64,000 nucleotides of DNA, taken from a virus. A program made the translations under genes and the position numbers. Positions 49,238 to 59,322 of this stretch are shown in pieces; the first letter of the stretch is position 1; each line of letters begins with the position of its first letter. The DNA is taken from the IMG/VR virus record IMGVR_UViG_3300038366_000033, positions 1 to 64,000 of that record. One strand, given 5' to 3'. The notes under the pieces were generated by a model. It searched no databases and was not told the origin of the DNA. It saw only the letters and a program-made list of their open reading frames with translations.

Positions 49238-49579
49238 CTAGTTGAAAGTCTGGTTCTTCATGCTTTGTTTCGCCTTCTGTTTTTTCCTCTGCTTTTCCTT
49301 CTCTTCTTGATGCTCTTTCAGGAGCTCAAGATATGCAGCCAGTGTCTTCAGGGGCATCCCACGACGCCTGACCATCTCTGTGGACTCTACCTTTCTCTTA
49401 CCCACGATGTAGTCCAGAATCCCTCCAAGTGGTCCTTCTCTGTCTACCTTCTTCACGAAAGTGACTGGTTCCTCGTATCCGAAGATCTCTCTGTGGTTCA
49501 TCCCTCCTTCTTTCACAAGCTGGTAGACGGCTTCAGCCAGATCCCCGTCAGGGACTTGGTTACCTACCGACTCCAGCAT
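49238..49579 (-). CDS. tail assembly chaperone, gpT-like part (probable -1 frameshift product)
   Basis: In the -1 frame of the upstream gene; open from the GGATTTT site. Confidence 0.65.
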   Translation of the reverse strand: MLESVGNQVPDGDLAEAVYQLVKEGGMNHREIFGYEEPVTFVKKVDREGPLGGILDYIVGKRKVESTEMVRRRGMPLKTLAAYLELLKEHQEEKEKQRKKQKAKQSMKNQTFN

Positions 49580-49590
49580 CTGTCGTCTCT

Positions 49591-49998
49591 TTATGCTTCT
49601 GGGGCTGGAAAATCCTTATCAGACATATCTACGCCATCGTTCCAGCCGAGTGAAGATACAAGCTTGTTTATCAGTACAGGAAGCTTACGAACGAGCAATC
49701 CGTTGATGAATTTCTTCGCCTCTTCGTTTTCCTGTTGTCTTGATTCGTTCAGACTCTCAGGCTCCTTCTCTCTTACATCATCGTAGTAAGGAAGGTAAGT
49801 TCTGTAGAGAATCTTCTCGAATGTGTCTGTCAGTTTCTCAACATCTTCTTCCGAGATGTCCTGACCGCCTTGACCGCCCATGGACATCATAGGTACGATA
49901 TCCTCTACCCTGACGTCAAGTTCAAGCTCTTCGCCTTCTATCTCGATTTTGATGGGTTCGTCCATCGACATGCCTTCAAATTTGTTTTCTAGTGTCAT
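49591..49998 (-). CDS. tail assembly chaperone, gpG-like
   Basis: Between tail tube and tape measure genes. Confidence 0.7.
   Translation of the reverse strand: MTLENKFEGMSMDEPIKIEIEGEELELDVRVEDIVPMMSMGGQGGQDISEEDVEKLTDTFEKILYRTYLPYYDDVREKEPESLNESRQQENEEAKKFINGLLVRKLPVLINKLVSSLGWNDGVDMSDKDFPAPEA
49609..49615 (-). other. putative -1 slippery site G_GAT_TTT
   Basis: The -1 frame begins right after a TAA and runs into ORF 49238-49579. Confidence 0.6.
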
Positions 49999-50031
49999 AG
50001 ATCGTAGTAAACCTCTTCAAATATCGTGTTT

Positions 50032-50334
50032 TCAGTCGCCAAGTGTTGGCGTTAAGTCATCATCTTCATCGTCCGTGGATTTGCCTATCATTGCTTTCAA
50101 CGCGGCAACTTCGTCCTGAAGCTGCGATACACGTTCCTGAAGGATGTCCACGCGACCGAACTTATCCTCCTTCAGTGATGCCATGGCGTCGGCCATGACC
50201 TTCCAAACATCGTCGTCGTAGTGAAGCTTCGCCATTGAGATGTAATCGTTTTTGAGCTCCGTAGGTACATCGTAAATCTTGAAGTCAGTCGGATTCTCCG
50301 GCTGCCAAACTTCGTTGTCTTCTTCTTCTGTCAT
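50032..50334 (-). CDS. hypothetical protein
   Basis: Acidic, coiled-coil C-terminus. Confidence 0.6.
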   Translation of the reverse strand: MTEEEDNEVWQPENPTDFKIYDVPTELKNDYISMAKLHYDDDVWKVMADAMASLKEDKFGRVDILQERVSQLQDEVAALKAMIGKSTDDEDDDLTPTLGD

Positions 50335-50344
50335 AATAGTATGA

Positions 50345-50362
50345 ACTCCCCGAAGGGGGAGT
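50345..50362 (-). terminator. GC hairpin after the tail tube gene
   Basis: ACTCCCC-CTTC-GGGGAGT. Confidence 0.45.
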
Positions 50363-50368
50363 GTTGTT

Positions 50369-50974
50369 TTAAGGCGAGGGTGCTAGGTTGTCTTCAATGA
50401 ACCTATCAGCCACTCTACAAAGTGCCGTACCTGTGATTTCTGCCGCTCCGTCTCCGGCAAGAGAAATCTCTCCCATCTGCTGGAAGATTGCGTTGTTCAT
50501 CAGGTAATTCACTATCTCGTTGTCTGTGTCTGTTCCAGGATTAACCTTCTCTACCCTGAACAGGATTGCCTTGTTAGGACGGTTACCAATCGTGGTTCCG
50601 CCTTCGATACGTCTAAACTCACCGTTACTTGTGTCTGTGTCTGTAACTGTGGTTTCGGGCTCACCCATAAGCTCTTCGACAAGCGAGATATCTTGGAATC
50701 TTGCTGTAAACTCGATTTCCACAAGATCATGAGGGCTCTCTGTCATTACCTGTCCGCCAAACGTGTTCTGAACTTCAACACTGGCCTCAGGGTCTGTCAG
50801 AGTTATCTCAGTAAGAATCCCAGATCTGTCCTCTCCTGTAATCTGAGTGTCAAGAGTCGAGCTAGAATCAATAGTGCTGAGAGCAGGTCCTATAAGCACC
50901 TGTGCCTCACGACCGTGGAATACACGGTTATCTGCGTTTGCTGGTTGAGCTGATGCTGCTTCGTTATCTGCCAT
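50369..50974 (-). CDS. major tail tube protein
   Basis: Beta-rich 201 aa protein; synteny. Confidence 0.7.
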   Translation of the reverse strand: MADNEAASAQPANADNRVFHGREAQVLIGPALSTIDSSSTLDTQITGEDRSGILTEITLTDPEASVEVQNTFGGQVMTESPHDLVEIEFTARFQDISLVEELMGEPETTVTDTDTSNGEFRRIEGGTTIGNRPNKAILFRVEKVNPGTDTDNEIVNYLMNNAIFQQMGEISLAGDGAAEITGTALCRVADRFIEDNLAPSP

Positions 50975-51189
50975 TATTCAATTTCACCTCCTTCGTCTGA
51001 TTCTGTCTCTGATTTTTCTTCATCCGGCTCGTCGTCAATTTCCTGTGGTTCGTTGTCTTCTTCCAGCAAAAAACGTCTGTCTTCTCTATATCTCTCTATG
51101 TTGTCTATCTCTACGTCTTTTGTCTCTTCTGTCTCAATCCTAGTACCTTTGATCAGCACTGGATAATTTGAAACATTTGTTAGCTTCAT
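50974..51189 (-). CDS. hypothetical virion-module protein
   Basis: Start at MKLTN. Confidence 0.55.
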   Translation of the reverse strand: MKLTNVSNYPVLIKGTRIETEETKDVEIDNIERYREDRRFLLEEDNEPQEIDDEPDEEKSETESDEGGEIE

Positions 51190-51196
51190 AGTATCT

Positions 51197-51739
51197 CTAA
51201 TCAAAAAATTCAGCAAGGCTGACCGAGGCCGCATTCTGTGATGACCTCATCCTCTTCCTCATTTTTCCGATAGCTTTTGTCACGGCAGGCTCCATGAAAC
51301 TCCCTTCTTCCTTGTTGATTGGGGTGACCTCTAGTCTCCATGTGTCGTCGTAAATGCCTCTCATTTTTGCCCACTTGATGAGCTCCCTGTTCGGATTGTC
51401 ACTCCTGTCTGTGTAGTAGGCGTAATGCGATTTCTTCGAGTACTCGTGCCATGCAGCATAGTTCGTATTATCGTCGCTGTAGGCGTTTGCCGTTACCTCG
51501 TACCTGACACCGTCGGCCGTGTCTCCTTTCTTGTGAGCGTCTACGTTGTCGTGCAGGTCTCCCTCAAATCTGTCGAACTTCCTGCGAACAGATTCTTTGA
51601 TGGCGTCCTCAAGATCCTCTGCAAGCTCTTCGGCGGTCCGGTTCTCAATCCTAGAAGCGTTTTCGATAAACTGACCGGTGTTACCTTGGACCTTCCTTGT
51701 ATTGCTCTTGAACTGTATGTTGAGGTTAGTTACTGCCAT
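51197..51739 (-). CDS. neck/tail completion protein (HK97 gp10-like)
   Basis: GDL..YAAWHEY..FMEPA. Confidence 0.65.
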   Translation of the reverse strand: MAVTNLNIQFKSNTRKVQGNTGQFIENASRIENRTAEELAEDLEDAIKESVRRKFDRFEGDLHDNVDAHKKGDTADGVRYEVTANAYSDDNTNYAAWHEYSKKSHYAYYTDRSDNPNRELIKWAKMRGIYDDTWRLEVTPINKEEGSFMEPAVTKAIGKMRKRMRSSQNAASVSLAEFFD

Positions 51740-52215
51740 TATACGTTAAACTCGAAACCTGCGGAAACGGTCGCAGTGTATTCATGGATTTTAAGGTCGG
51801 CTCGCTGTTGTGTCAGTACGCTCTTGGACGTATCCGTGACGCTGATGTTGTACAGTCGCACGCTCTTGAGATCAGTATTGTTTCTCAGACACGCAACCGC
51901 TTTCTCCACAAACTTTGGTGGGTGTTCGGCACGGGTGTCGTAGACAGTGATGTCGATGCTCAATACCGACTCCGTACGGCGGAACCCGATGATGCTCTCG
52001 TCGAACTCAGGTGTCATCAAGATGCCTATCGGGTATCGGTCCTCATCCTCAATGATTTCTCTGTCGGGATAGCTTCCTAGCCAGTAGTTGCCACTCTCTG
52101 TTTCATCCAGTTCAATAGTATCTCCTCCTAGGTTCTGGATGGTTCTAACATTCTCGTTCAGCACTCCGAATACCTCACTGAACGTATCCGAAACCAAAGT
52201 GGCTTTCTGTACCAT
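51739..52215 (-). CDS. tail terminator-like protein
   Basis: YP.GI..IDITVY pattern; synteny. Confidence 0.55.
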   Translation of the reverse strand: MVQKATLVSDTFSEVFGVLNENVRTIQNLGGDTIELDETESGNYWLGSYPDREIIEDEDRYPIGILMTPEFDESIIGFRRTESVLSIDITVYDTRAEHPPKFVEKAVACLRNNTDLKSVRLYNISVTDTSKSVLTQQRADLKIHEYTATVSAGFEFNV

Positions 52216-52224
52216 AGTTGCTCT

Positions 52225-52305
52225 ACCCGACACGGGTCAACTGAGAACCAGTCCACTCCGACACGGAGTCATCTGTCCTCTGATAAGAAGTCACGACTTT
52301 AGTCG
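52225..52305 (-). promoter_or_regulatory. paired CCG-TGT-CGG palindromes downstream of an internal TATA box
   Basis: ACCCGACACGGGT at 52225 and ACTCCGACACGGAGT at 52255. Confidence 0.5.
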
Positions 52306-52317
52306 CATTTATAAGAA

Positions 52318-52638
52318 TTAACGTGTCTTGGTCCGTACAAGCTGAACCTTGTCACGGTTCAACGCGGTGTCGCCCTGGAAGCTGCCACGTACCTCAACCT
52401 CGTACTCTCCGAGAGGTAAATCTTCTGTAGTCTGCCAGTCGTACTTGAACTCGGTGTCGCTGATCTCGTCCATCTCTTCATTCTCCACGACGTCGCCAGA
52501 AGACAGATCTGTGATCTCAATATCGACATCATGGTCGCCGTTTGTGGCATCCGGCTCTATAATATTGCCTTCATCGTCTCTGAAAACCGTCTTGAATCGG
52601 GCCGTGTCACCAGCTTCATACTCTTTTATTATAGGCAT
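52318..52638 (-). CDS. Ig-like/BppU-like virion protein
   Basis: GDT..F.D..G..Y.W....GEY.VEV. Confidence 0.55.
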   Translation of the reverse strand: MPIIKEYEAGDTARFKTVFRDDEGNIIEPDATNGDHDVDIEITDLSSGDVVENEEMDEISDTEFKYDWQTTEDLPLGEYEVEVRGSFQGDTALNRDKVQLVRTKTR

Positions 52639-52664
52639 AGTTTGAACACGGGTTTAACTCGTTT

Positions 52665-55600
52665 TTAAGTTTTTTCCAGCCCAGCCTCAGAAACAGTCTC
52701 CTTGTCCAGTTCAGCCACGGCCTTTCTGACGGCGGAAAGATTCGTTATGGCCTTCTGCAGTTTGTCTATCTCGACCGTCTCTGCAAGATCCAAGGCTGGT
52801 TCGAACGATGTAACTACATCATCTATATTGAGAAGCTCCTGTCGCTGCTTGGCTATGAGAAGCCGTATGTTGTCGACAAGGGTTATTGACTCTTGTACTG
52901 GTCGAAGCAATCTCTTACTGAATACATCTAGCGGCGAGATGCTCGCTGAAAGCCCACGTAACAACTTCGCCTCGGAACGAACTTTATCAGAGGATAGTAT
53001 AGCCTCTACAATTACTCGGGAAAGATCTACGGCTTCAGTATCATCAGGAATTATGGCCTCCGCTAATTCACGTAATAACTCAGCCTCAGTTTCGACTGTG
53101 TCATCTAGCTTCGCTCTTTCTGTAAGAGGCTTGGCTATATTCTTTATATCCGAGTCAGCTAGGTCGAGTGTCGCTGATAATCTGCGTAGAAGCTCTGCAA
53201 CTGTTTCGACTCTATCTTCTACATCTACCTCCTCATTTCTCACAAGGTTTGTAAGGCTCTGTGTCTCATCTAAGGCATTTACGTCCTCTAATACCTGTCT
53301 GGATAGAATCTTAGAGAAAACATCTTGGATAGATTGTGACTCAGATAGAACCCTCTGTAAAAAGAGTTCTTCTTGATCTGAGAGAGTCACGGCTTCGGCG
53401 ACAGACCTGAATAACGCATTACGAGAATCATCTGAAAGGACCACGGCTTGAGCCACGACTCTGAAAAGTTCTGCCTCAGTCTCCACATTATCCTCTGTAA
53501 CAATATCTTGGCTTACAACCTTACCTATCTCCCTAACATCAGAGTCACCAATGTCAAGCGAGGCGGAAATATCTCTCAGTAATGTTGCAACAGTCTCAAC
53601 TTTGTCTTCCGGTTGAATGCTTTCAGATTCTACCACACGGGCGGTCTTCGACACGCGGTCCTCTACGCGGAATGAGTCGTCTACAACAAGGTCAACAGAC
53701 TTCCTCACGGTATCCGCAACATCAACTAATTCATCGAGACCTCTGAACAGGCTGGCTTGAGTCCTGACATCGTCTTGGAGCGCTGCCGCCTCAGAGAGAA
53801 CTCTTAACAACTTTACATCGGCGTCATCAGAAGAAACTATGTCCTCTGCGAAGTTTCTGAACAACCGGGATTCGGAGGCGGCACTGTCTGACAGCACCTG
53901 TGTTTCCGACAGCGGTTTTGCCAACTGCTGTATATCAGAGTCATTCAAATTCATTGATGCTGTGAAAGCTCTGAGGAACTCAGAGCTCGTCTCAACGTCG
54001 TCGCCTACATCACTCGTTTCAGATAAAAATCTCGATAGAAGGTTTCTCAAACTGTCGTCAGGCTTCACCGACTGTAGGATATTTCTCGAAACAAGCACTT
54101 TTTCTACATCTTGTACATTTACAGACTCTTCCAGGAACTTGATAACTGAAGTCGTGGCATCTATATCAGTAGGAGTCACTTTCTCGGAGAAAGCTCTCAG
54201 AAGAGTCGCCTTCGCAGAAGCGTTGTCCTGAATATCTGACGATTCTATCAAACGTATGGCTCTTACAGAAAATGAAGATATGCTGTCATTTATATTAGGA
54301 GCTTCTGTTAGCTGTCTAAATAGCTCTGACTCTGACGCCACATTATCCGAAAGAGGAACGCCTTCAAGAATGGATAGTGCGAGCTCAAATTCTTCAGAAT
54401 CGTTCAAAACGATATCTTCAGATACAACTTTAAGCAGACGTGATGTCTGTGTATCAGACAGAGGGATGTTTTCCGAAATATCTCTGAAAAGCTCTGACTC
54501 TCTATTTACTACATCATCAGTTGATGCTGACTCAGAAAGCTGTCTGAGAAGTCTTACCGACTCACTGTCTATCACACTTGCTTGTTCAATAATACTTCTG
54601 AACAGTTCGGACGATGATGTGGCATTGGATGACGTAACAACAGACTGTATTTTCAGAATTGATACCGTCTTACTTAAAACATCGTCAAGAGATATGCTCT
54701 CTTTCTGGCTACGCTGTAAACTGGATACTGGTTGAACAGAGTCGTTTACAGACTCACTCTCCTGCACAACCTTTGAAAGAGACTTCCTGAAACTGTCCGA
54801 AGGATTTACGGACTCGCTTCGCTTAAGAGACGTAACAACGTTAGCCAAGTCATCCGTCTCAATTTGCTCGTTTCTATCCCTGAAGAACTGTGCCTCTCTG
54901 ACAGCGGTATCTTGGACAATAGGTGATTCTTCAAGCGGTTTTGAGATTTGTTTGATGTCTGCGTCACTCACAACAAGCGAGACATCAAGTGAACGTTTGA
55001 GGTCCGAGACGTTTTCAACTGTGTCAGACAAAGATTCAGCTTCTGTAAGCTCTCTTAAAACACTCTTATTGAAGTCGTCATTCACACTCACTGTCTGAGT
55101 TTTCACAGCTCTAAGAGACTTCTTTACGTCTGTATTAGGCACCACAACCTCATCAAAAATTCTTTCTAAGCTTGCGTCTTTATTAATTTGCGCAACGGCG
55201 TTGAGTGTTTCGCCGAAACTTCTGAACAACTTTGAAAGGGGTTCTAGCTGTTCTAGTAATGTAACTTGTTCGCTCCTGTCTCTCTTTAAATCTGCCTCGC
55301 TATTTATCAATATGTTGTTACTTAGGGATTCATTCTGTACTCTAAACAGGTCAGCGACATTATTAACTTGTGAATCGGTTACTAGGGCTTCACTTTGAGG
55401 TGATGAGAATAAGAATACAATTACATCATTAGGAATCACAGATTCAACTCTCTGTCTGAAGTATTCTGTGTCGCGGACAAAAGAATCACTTGCTGGTAAT
55501 GTTTCTTGGACATCCTTGGCAACCTGTTTTAAATCTGAGTCACTCACGGTAGTAGACGCAGTTTGAACGGCTTCGACCTGTTTAGTCACTAGGTCTGGGA

Positions 55601-56537
55601 AGTTACCCGCACTGTACTCCGAAGTACCTCCGCTGAACTCTGAGACGAAGAACTTTCCGCCGGCTCTGACGTCTGTAGCATCACCGCTGAAAGTAAATCC
55701 GGCCGGCTCCGATTCATCAAGTGAGAAGTTTGTAACAGGGTCAAAGGAGACAGATGTTCCAAAGTCAAAAGAGCTATTGAATTTATAGGCATAGGCGGTT
55801 GCACTGTTTCGTCCTGTGATAAACATTCTTTTCCCATTCGGACTGAAAGCCACACCTCTGGGGTTTGAATCAGCTCTGTCAACGGAGAAGCTCTGACTAA
55901 ATGAGGCTGTTGACAGATCAAATGCCGTGTTGAGAGAAAATTTTGACACGGACTGATTATCTTCATTTATCAAAAACAATGTGTTCCCGCCGTTGGCAAA
56001 CTCTAAATCAGCAAACCTTGTATTCTCCCCTAGAGTTGTCTGAAATGTAGGATTACCAATATCAAATGGCGTAGCTAGATTATACTCAGCAACGTTTACA
56101 CCTACCGAATCAACTATAAATAGTTTGTTTCCGGAGTCACCAAACTCTGCTGCACCAGCTCTGTCAAGGTCTGTAGCAGTAAAAGTCTTCTGGTTGCTGG
56201 CGGTGGAAACATCAAAAGGCGTTGACAAAGTATATTGATATAGTGTATCTGTGTCAGAATCTCCTCCTATAAGCACTGTACCGTCGTCGCTAAATCCGAC
56301 CCCGCTGTCAATATTTAAGCTACTTATGGAGTTTCTTGACGCACCGTCAAGCCTGAAGGGTGCATCTGCGTTTGCGATGTCTACAGCTTCAGTTAAAACC
56401 TGGCTAATAGTCTTGGCGGAGGCAATGTTGTCAACAAATGAGACAGACTCGTTTACTGACGCAGTTATAACGCTAGAGAGGTCATCGCTAGAGAGGTCAA
56501 ACTGTCTTTCATCATATTGAGCAGAATCAAAAAGCAA
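52665..56537 (-). CDS. long fibre/adhesin: beta-propeller head plus repetitive stalk
   Basis: Repeated FS.DG..LF..Y.L.T.FD.STAS blades; about 900 aa of ~19-23 aa SE...D repeats. Confidence 0.75.
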   Translation of the reverse strand: MLFDSAQYDERQFDLSSDDLSSVITASVNESVSFVDNIASAKTISQVLTEAVDIANADAPFRLDGASRNSISSLNIDSGVGFSDDGTVLIGGDSDTDTLYQYTLSTPFDVSTASNQKTFTATDLDRAGAAEFGDSGNKLFIVDSVGVNVAEYNLATPFDIGNPTFQTTLGENTRFADLEFANGGNTLFLINEDNQSVSKFSLNTAFDLSTASFSQSFSVDRADSNPRGVAFSPNGKRMFITGRNSATAYAYKFNSSFDFGTSVSFDPVTNFSLDESEPAGFTFSGDATDVRAGGKFFVSEFSGGTSEYSAGNFPDLVTKQVEAVQTASTTVSDSDLKQVAKDVQETLPASDSFVRDTEYFRQRVESVIPNDVIVFLFSSPQSEALVTDSQVNNVADLFRVQNESLSNNILINSEADLKRDRSEQVTLLEQLEPLSKLFRSFGETLNAVAQINKDASLERIFDEVVVPNTDVKKSLRAVKTQTVSVNDDFNKSVLRELTEAESLSDTVENVSDLKRSLDVSLVVSDADIKQISKPLEESPIVQDTAVREAQFFRDRNEQIETDDLANVVTSLKRSESVNPSDSFRKSLSKVVQESESVNDSVQPVSSLQRSQKESISLDDVLSKTVSILKIQSVVTSSNATSSSELFRSIIEQASVIDSESVRLLRQLSESASTDDVVNRESELFRDISENIPLSDTQTSRLLKVVSEDIVLNDSEEFELALSILEGVPLSDNVASESELFRQLTEAPNINDSISSFSVRAIRLIESSDIQDNASAKATLLRAFSEKVTPTDIDATTSVIKFLEESVNVQDVEKVLVSRNILQSVKPDDSLRNLLSRFLSETSDVGDDVETSSEFLRAFTASMNLNDSDIQQLAKPLSETQVLSDSAASESRLFRNFAEDIVSSDDADVKLLRVLSEAAALQDDVRTQASLFRGLDELVDVADTVRKSVDLVVDDSFRVEDRVSKTARVVESESIQPEDKVETVATLLRDISASLDIGDSDVREIGKVVSQDIVTEDNVETEAELFRVVAQAVVLSDDSRNALFRSVAEAVTLSDQEELFLQRVLSESQSIQDVFSKILSRQVLEDVNALDETQSLTNLVRNEEVDVEDRVETVAELLRRLSATLDLADSDIKNIAKPLTERAKLDDTVETEAELLRELAEAIIPDDTEAVDLSRVIVEAILSSDKVRSEAKLLRGLSASISPLDVFSKRLLRPVQESITLVDNIRLLIAKQRQELLNIDDVVTSFEPALDLAETVEIDKLQKAITNLSAVRKAVAELDKETVSEAGLEKT

Positions 56538-56540
56538 AGA

Positions 56541-58445
56541 TCAATCCACCTTTTCAATAGTAACATTTGCATTTAGCACATCTGTTTCTCTACCTCCCTT
56601 TTCCTCGTTAGAAAATACCTCCAGACTATCGTTTTTACTCAGGTCTAATATGTGGGTGTTTCCAACGCCGTTCTGGTCTCCCGTTCTATCATTCCTAATG
56701 TAACACCTACACTCCGTCTCAGGTGTAAGGTTGTTAGAATTTACTCTAACAAACGATTTCATTATCTGTCTTCCTCCTCCTCCAATCTGTTTAAAATTGG
56801 TTGTATAACTTATTCTATATCTTCCTGCTTCGTTCACCGTTATTTTAGAGTCAGAGTTTTTTGTGAAGGGAGAGTCATTCTGCTCAACATTCTTGAATAT
56901 ATTTACAGCCACACCATTTTCTGCTCCTCCCTGCTGATTATTCAAATTTGATACGAATATGTCGCTAGAAGTGTTTAACGAATTTATCTCATTTTCTAAA
57001 GAGTTTATCTCAGTAACTAACGGGTCATAAGTTCCCTTAGTCCATCTATTAGCAATTGCCGTTCCATCACTAAAACTTTGAGCTGTTGTGTCTTCTTGAC
57101 CACGAAATACGCTCTTGAGAGTGTTTCCGCTTTTTTCATTGACACTAACAATCTCTCTCTTGTTGCCTTCTTCTAAACTTGCTAGAAACGGAGGACTCGG
57201 AAAAACAGATGCGTCTTTTACATCAATACTATCACTATTGGTTGAGATAGAACCGTTTAAACTGGTCTCTGCTCTATTGTCTACGTTTACAAATCCTGAA
57301 AGTCTTTTCTTTTCCGTAGAAGCATTCAAGGTTAAAGAAAAACTTGTGGTACTTGCAATATCTTTTGTTGCTGTGAATTGCTCTCCACTCCAACTAAAGA
57401 AAACCTTTCCTCCCTTGTCAGAGGCATCAAATCTACCTAAGATTTTATTTGGTGTTGTCTTAGAATCCATAACCGACACTTCATCAACGATACCATTGAA
57501 GTGGTCACCATTCACACCATTAGCACTTCCTCGTCCAATATTTAATTCAAGTCCTGATAAATCCAGGCTTCCACCCGTTCCTTGGCTTTTATTAGTAGTT
57601 GTGCTTTGCTCGACTCCATCAACAAATAATCTGACTCCTTGTGGTCCATTTCCTTTAGACGTATCTCTTATTGCATCTATCTTATGTATTCCAGAAGAAA
57701 GCGTATTAGTTGTTGCTACTTGGGTGGTGCTTGCGTTTGAATCTGTAAATCTTAATCTAAAATTACTTGCACCAAAATCTATATAGGCGTGAGGATTACC
57801 GTTAAACGAGCCTCCTGACGGCCCTACAACCGTTCCACTTGGTGAACCACCAATATCTACCCATGCCGATATGGTAAAATTAGATGTGTTTGGCATAACA
57901 TCACCAAAATCAATAAAGTCGTCAATTCCGTCAAAGTCATATCCGTCCTCAAAAACAGCAGATACAAGGTCAGGTCCGTCTATTGTACCGTCATTGTTAT
58001 TATTTGTAGAATCATTTGCATCTCCATTAAGATGAACTTTGGTTACGAAACTATCTGTTGAACTAGCCCAAGGATTATTCCCAACGCCTCCTGTTGCATA
58101 ATTAGTTCCGTCACCTGAACCTAAACCGATTACAATTTGGTCGTTACTATTCGAGTTCCAAGCCCCATAGACCCAAATCCATGCCTCTTGATTGGTGTCG
58201 TCAAAATATCCAAATTCATAATCCCTTGTAGTATCTTGGTCACCTTCAGTTATTACAAGTTCAGACCTTGAGTTAATATCATTGGTAAAAGCTGCATCTC
58301 CGTTGCCAGAATTTGTTGAGCTGTTTCCCCAAGTCACCTTAACAGGGACTACAAGATTTAATCCTGTAAAACTTGTACCATCGCTTAAGCTGTTTATTGA
58401 ACCAGCTTGCCTCTTATCCCAGTCATTTATGTCTACTGTCGCCAT
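56541..58445 (-). CDS. tail fibre/receptor-binding protein (DUF2341-like + LamG + C-terminal jelly-roll)
   Basis: YE..D....AWIWV; FDGIDD..FTISAWV..LFVDG..FNGIVDEV. Confidence 0.8.
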   Translation of the reverse strand: MATVDINDWDKRQAGSINSLSDGTSFTGLNLVVPVKVTWGNSSTNSGNGDAAFTNDINSRSELVITEGDQDTTRDYEFGYFDDTNQEAWIWVYGAWNSNSNDQIVIGLGSGDGTNYATGGVGNNPWASSTDSFVTKVHLNGDANDSTNNNNDGTIDGPDLVSAVFEDGYDFDGIDDFIDFGDVMPNTSNFTISAWVDIGGSPSGTVVGPSGGSFNGNPHAYIDFGASNFRLRFTDSNASTTQVATTNTLSSGIHKIDAIRDTSKGNGPQGVRLFVDGVEQSTTTNKSQGTGGSLDLSGLELNIGRGSANGVNGDHFNGIVDEVSVMDSKTTPNKILGRFDASDKGGKVFFSWSGEQFTATKDIASTTSFSLTLNASTEKKRLSGFVNVDNRAETSLNGSISTNSDSIDVKDASVFPSPPFLASLEEGNKREIVSVNEKSGNTLKSVFRGQEDTTAQSFSDGTAIANRWTKGTYDPLVTEINSLENEINSLNTSSDIFVSNLNNQQGGAENGVAVNIFKNVEQNDSPFTKNSDSKITVNEAGRYRISYTTNFKQIGGGGRQIMKSFVRVNSNNLTPETECRCYIRNDRTGDQNGVGNTHILDLSKNDSLEVFSNEEKGGRETDVLNANVTIEKVD

Positions 58446-58454
58446 TCAAATACC

Positions 58455-58808
58455 TCATAAAGTCCAGACATTTCCTAAACTACATGGTTTACTTTCATCA
58501 GAACCATGTTTACAATCATGAATCCTTAATCTTGCCTGTTCAAAAGCTGACGAATTGTTTTGAATGTAGTTTTTAATCCAGTCAAATAAGTTATTTCCGT
58601 CCTTTGCCAATCCACATTCAACTACAACTCCGAGAGTATAAACTGTTTTTATCTCTCCATCACTTACAGTCTTAGAACCTGTATTAACATTTCTTTCATT
58701 TATTTCATAGTTGCCACTATCGAGCTGATTCTTAATGTCTGTTTGTTTTGAGTCAGCAGTAGTAGAATCAACAAGCTCGCTGTCAAGCTGTACAACTCTA
58801 TGAGCCAT
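58455..58808 (-). CDS. hypothetical protein
   Basis: HDCKH..PC motif. Confidence 0.6.
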   Translation of the reverse strand: MAHRVVQLDSELVDSTTADSKQTDIKNQLDSGNYEINERNVNTGSKTVSDGEIKTVYTLGVVVECGLAKDGNNLFDWIKNYIQNNSSAFEQARLRIHDCKHGSDESKPCSLGNVWTL

Positions 58809-58842
58809 TTTTTAATTACCTCCTCTTAAGCAAAAAAGGGTT

Positions 58843-59274
58843 TTAATCCTGGCTTCCTCCAATATTTGATACCTCCAATGTATTTATCTGACTTAAATCT
58901 CGTGACTGACTCAAAGCACCGTTAAAGAATAGGTGGTCAGTATTACTTGAGTCACCTGTCTCATCAGAGGTAAAGTTCACGACTGTAAAGTAAGCATCTA
59001 CAGTCTGAGAGTTTCCTGATACATCAAAAGTCTGAGTCGGGAACGTAATCACAGCATCAGTACCCGAGGTATCAACAGTAAGATTTGCAGCAGACTCACT
59101 CTGCCTAGCATAAGTATTAGCAGTATTCGGTTCTGAAGTAATCGCAGCCAAATCACTTGAATCAGTAAGGCTGTCAGTAGAGTCATTATACAATCCTACA
59201 TCAAAAGATTTACCGCTTGTTTTAATCAAGTCAACTACAAATTCTTCGCCTGTTTCAACCAAGTTAAAAGCCAT
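58843..59274 (-). CDS. virion structural (fibre-associated) protein
   Basis: VGLY..EP..YARQ pattern. Confidence 0.6.
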   Translation of the reverse strand: MAFNLVETGEEFVVDLIKTSGKSFDVGLYNDSTDSLTDSSDLAAITSEPNTANTYARQSESAANLTVDTSGTDAVITFPTQTFDVSGNSQTVDAYFTVVNFTSDETGDSSNTDHLFFNGALSQSRDLSQINTLEVSNIGGSQD

Positions 59275-59322
59275 TTTTCAAAACCCGTTATAGTATGTAT
59301 GGGTTACTTTCACATAAAAAAC

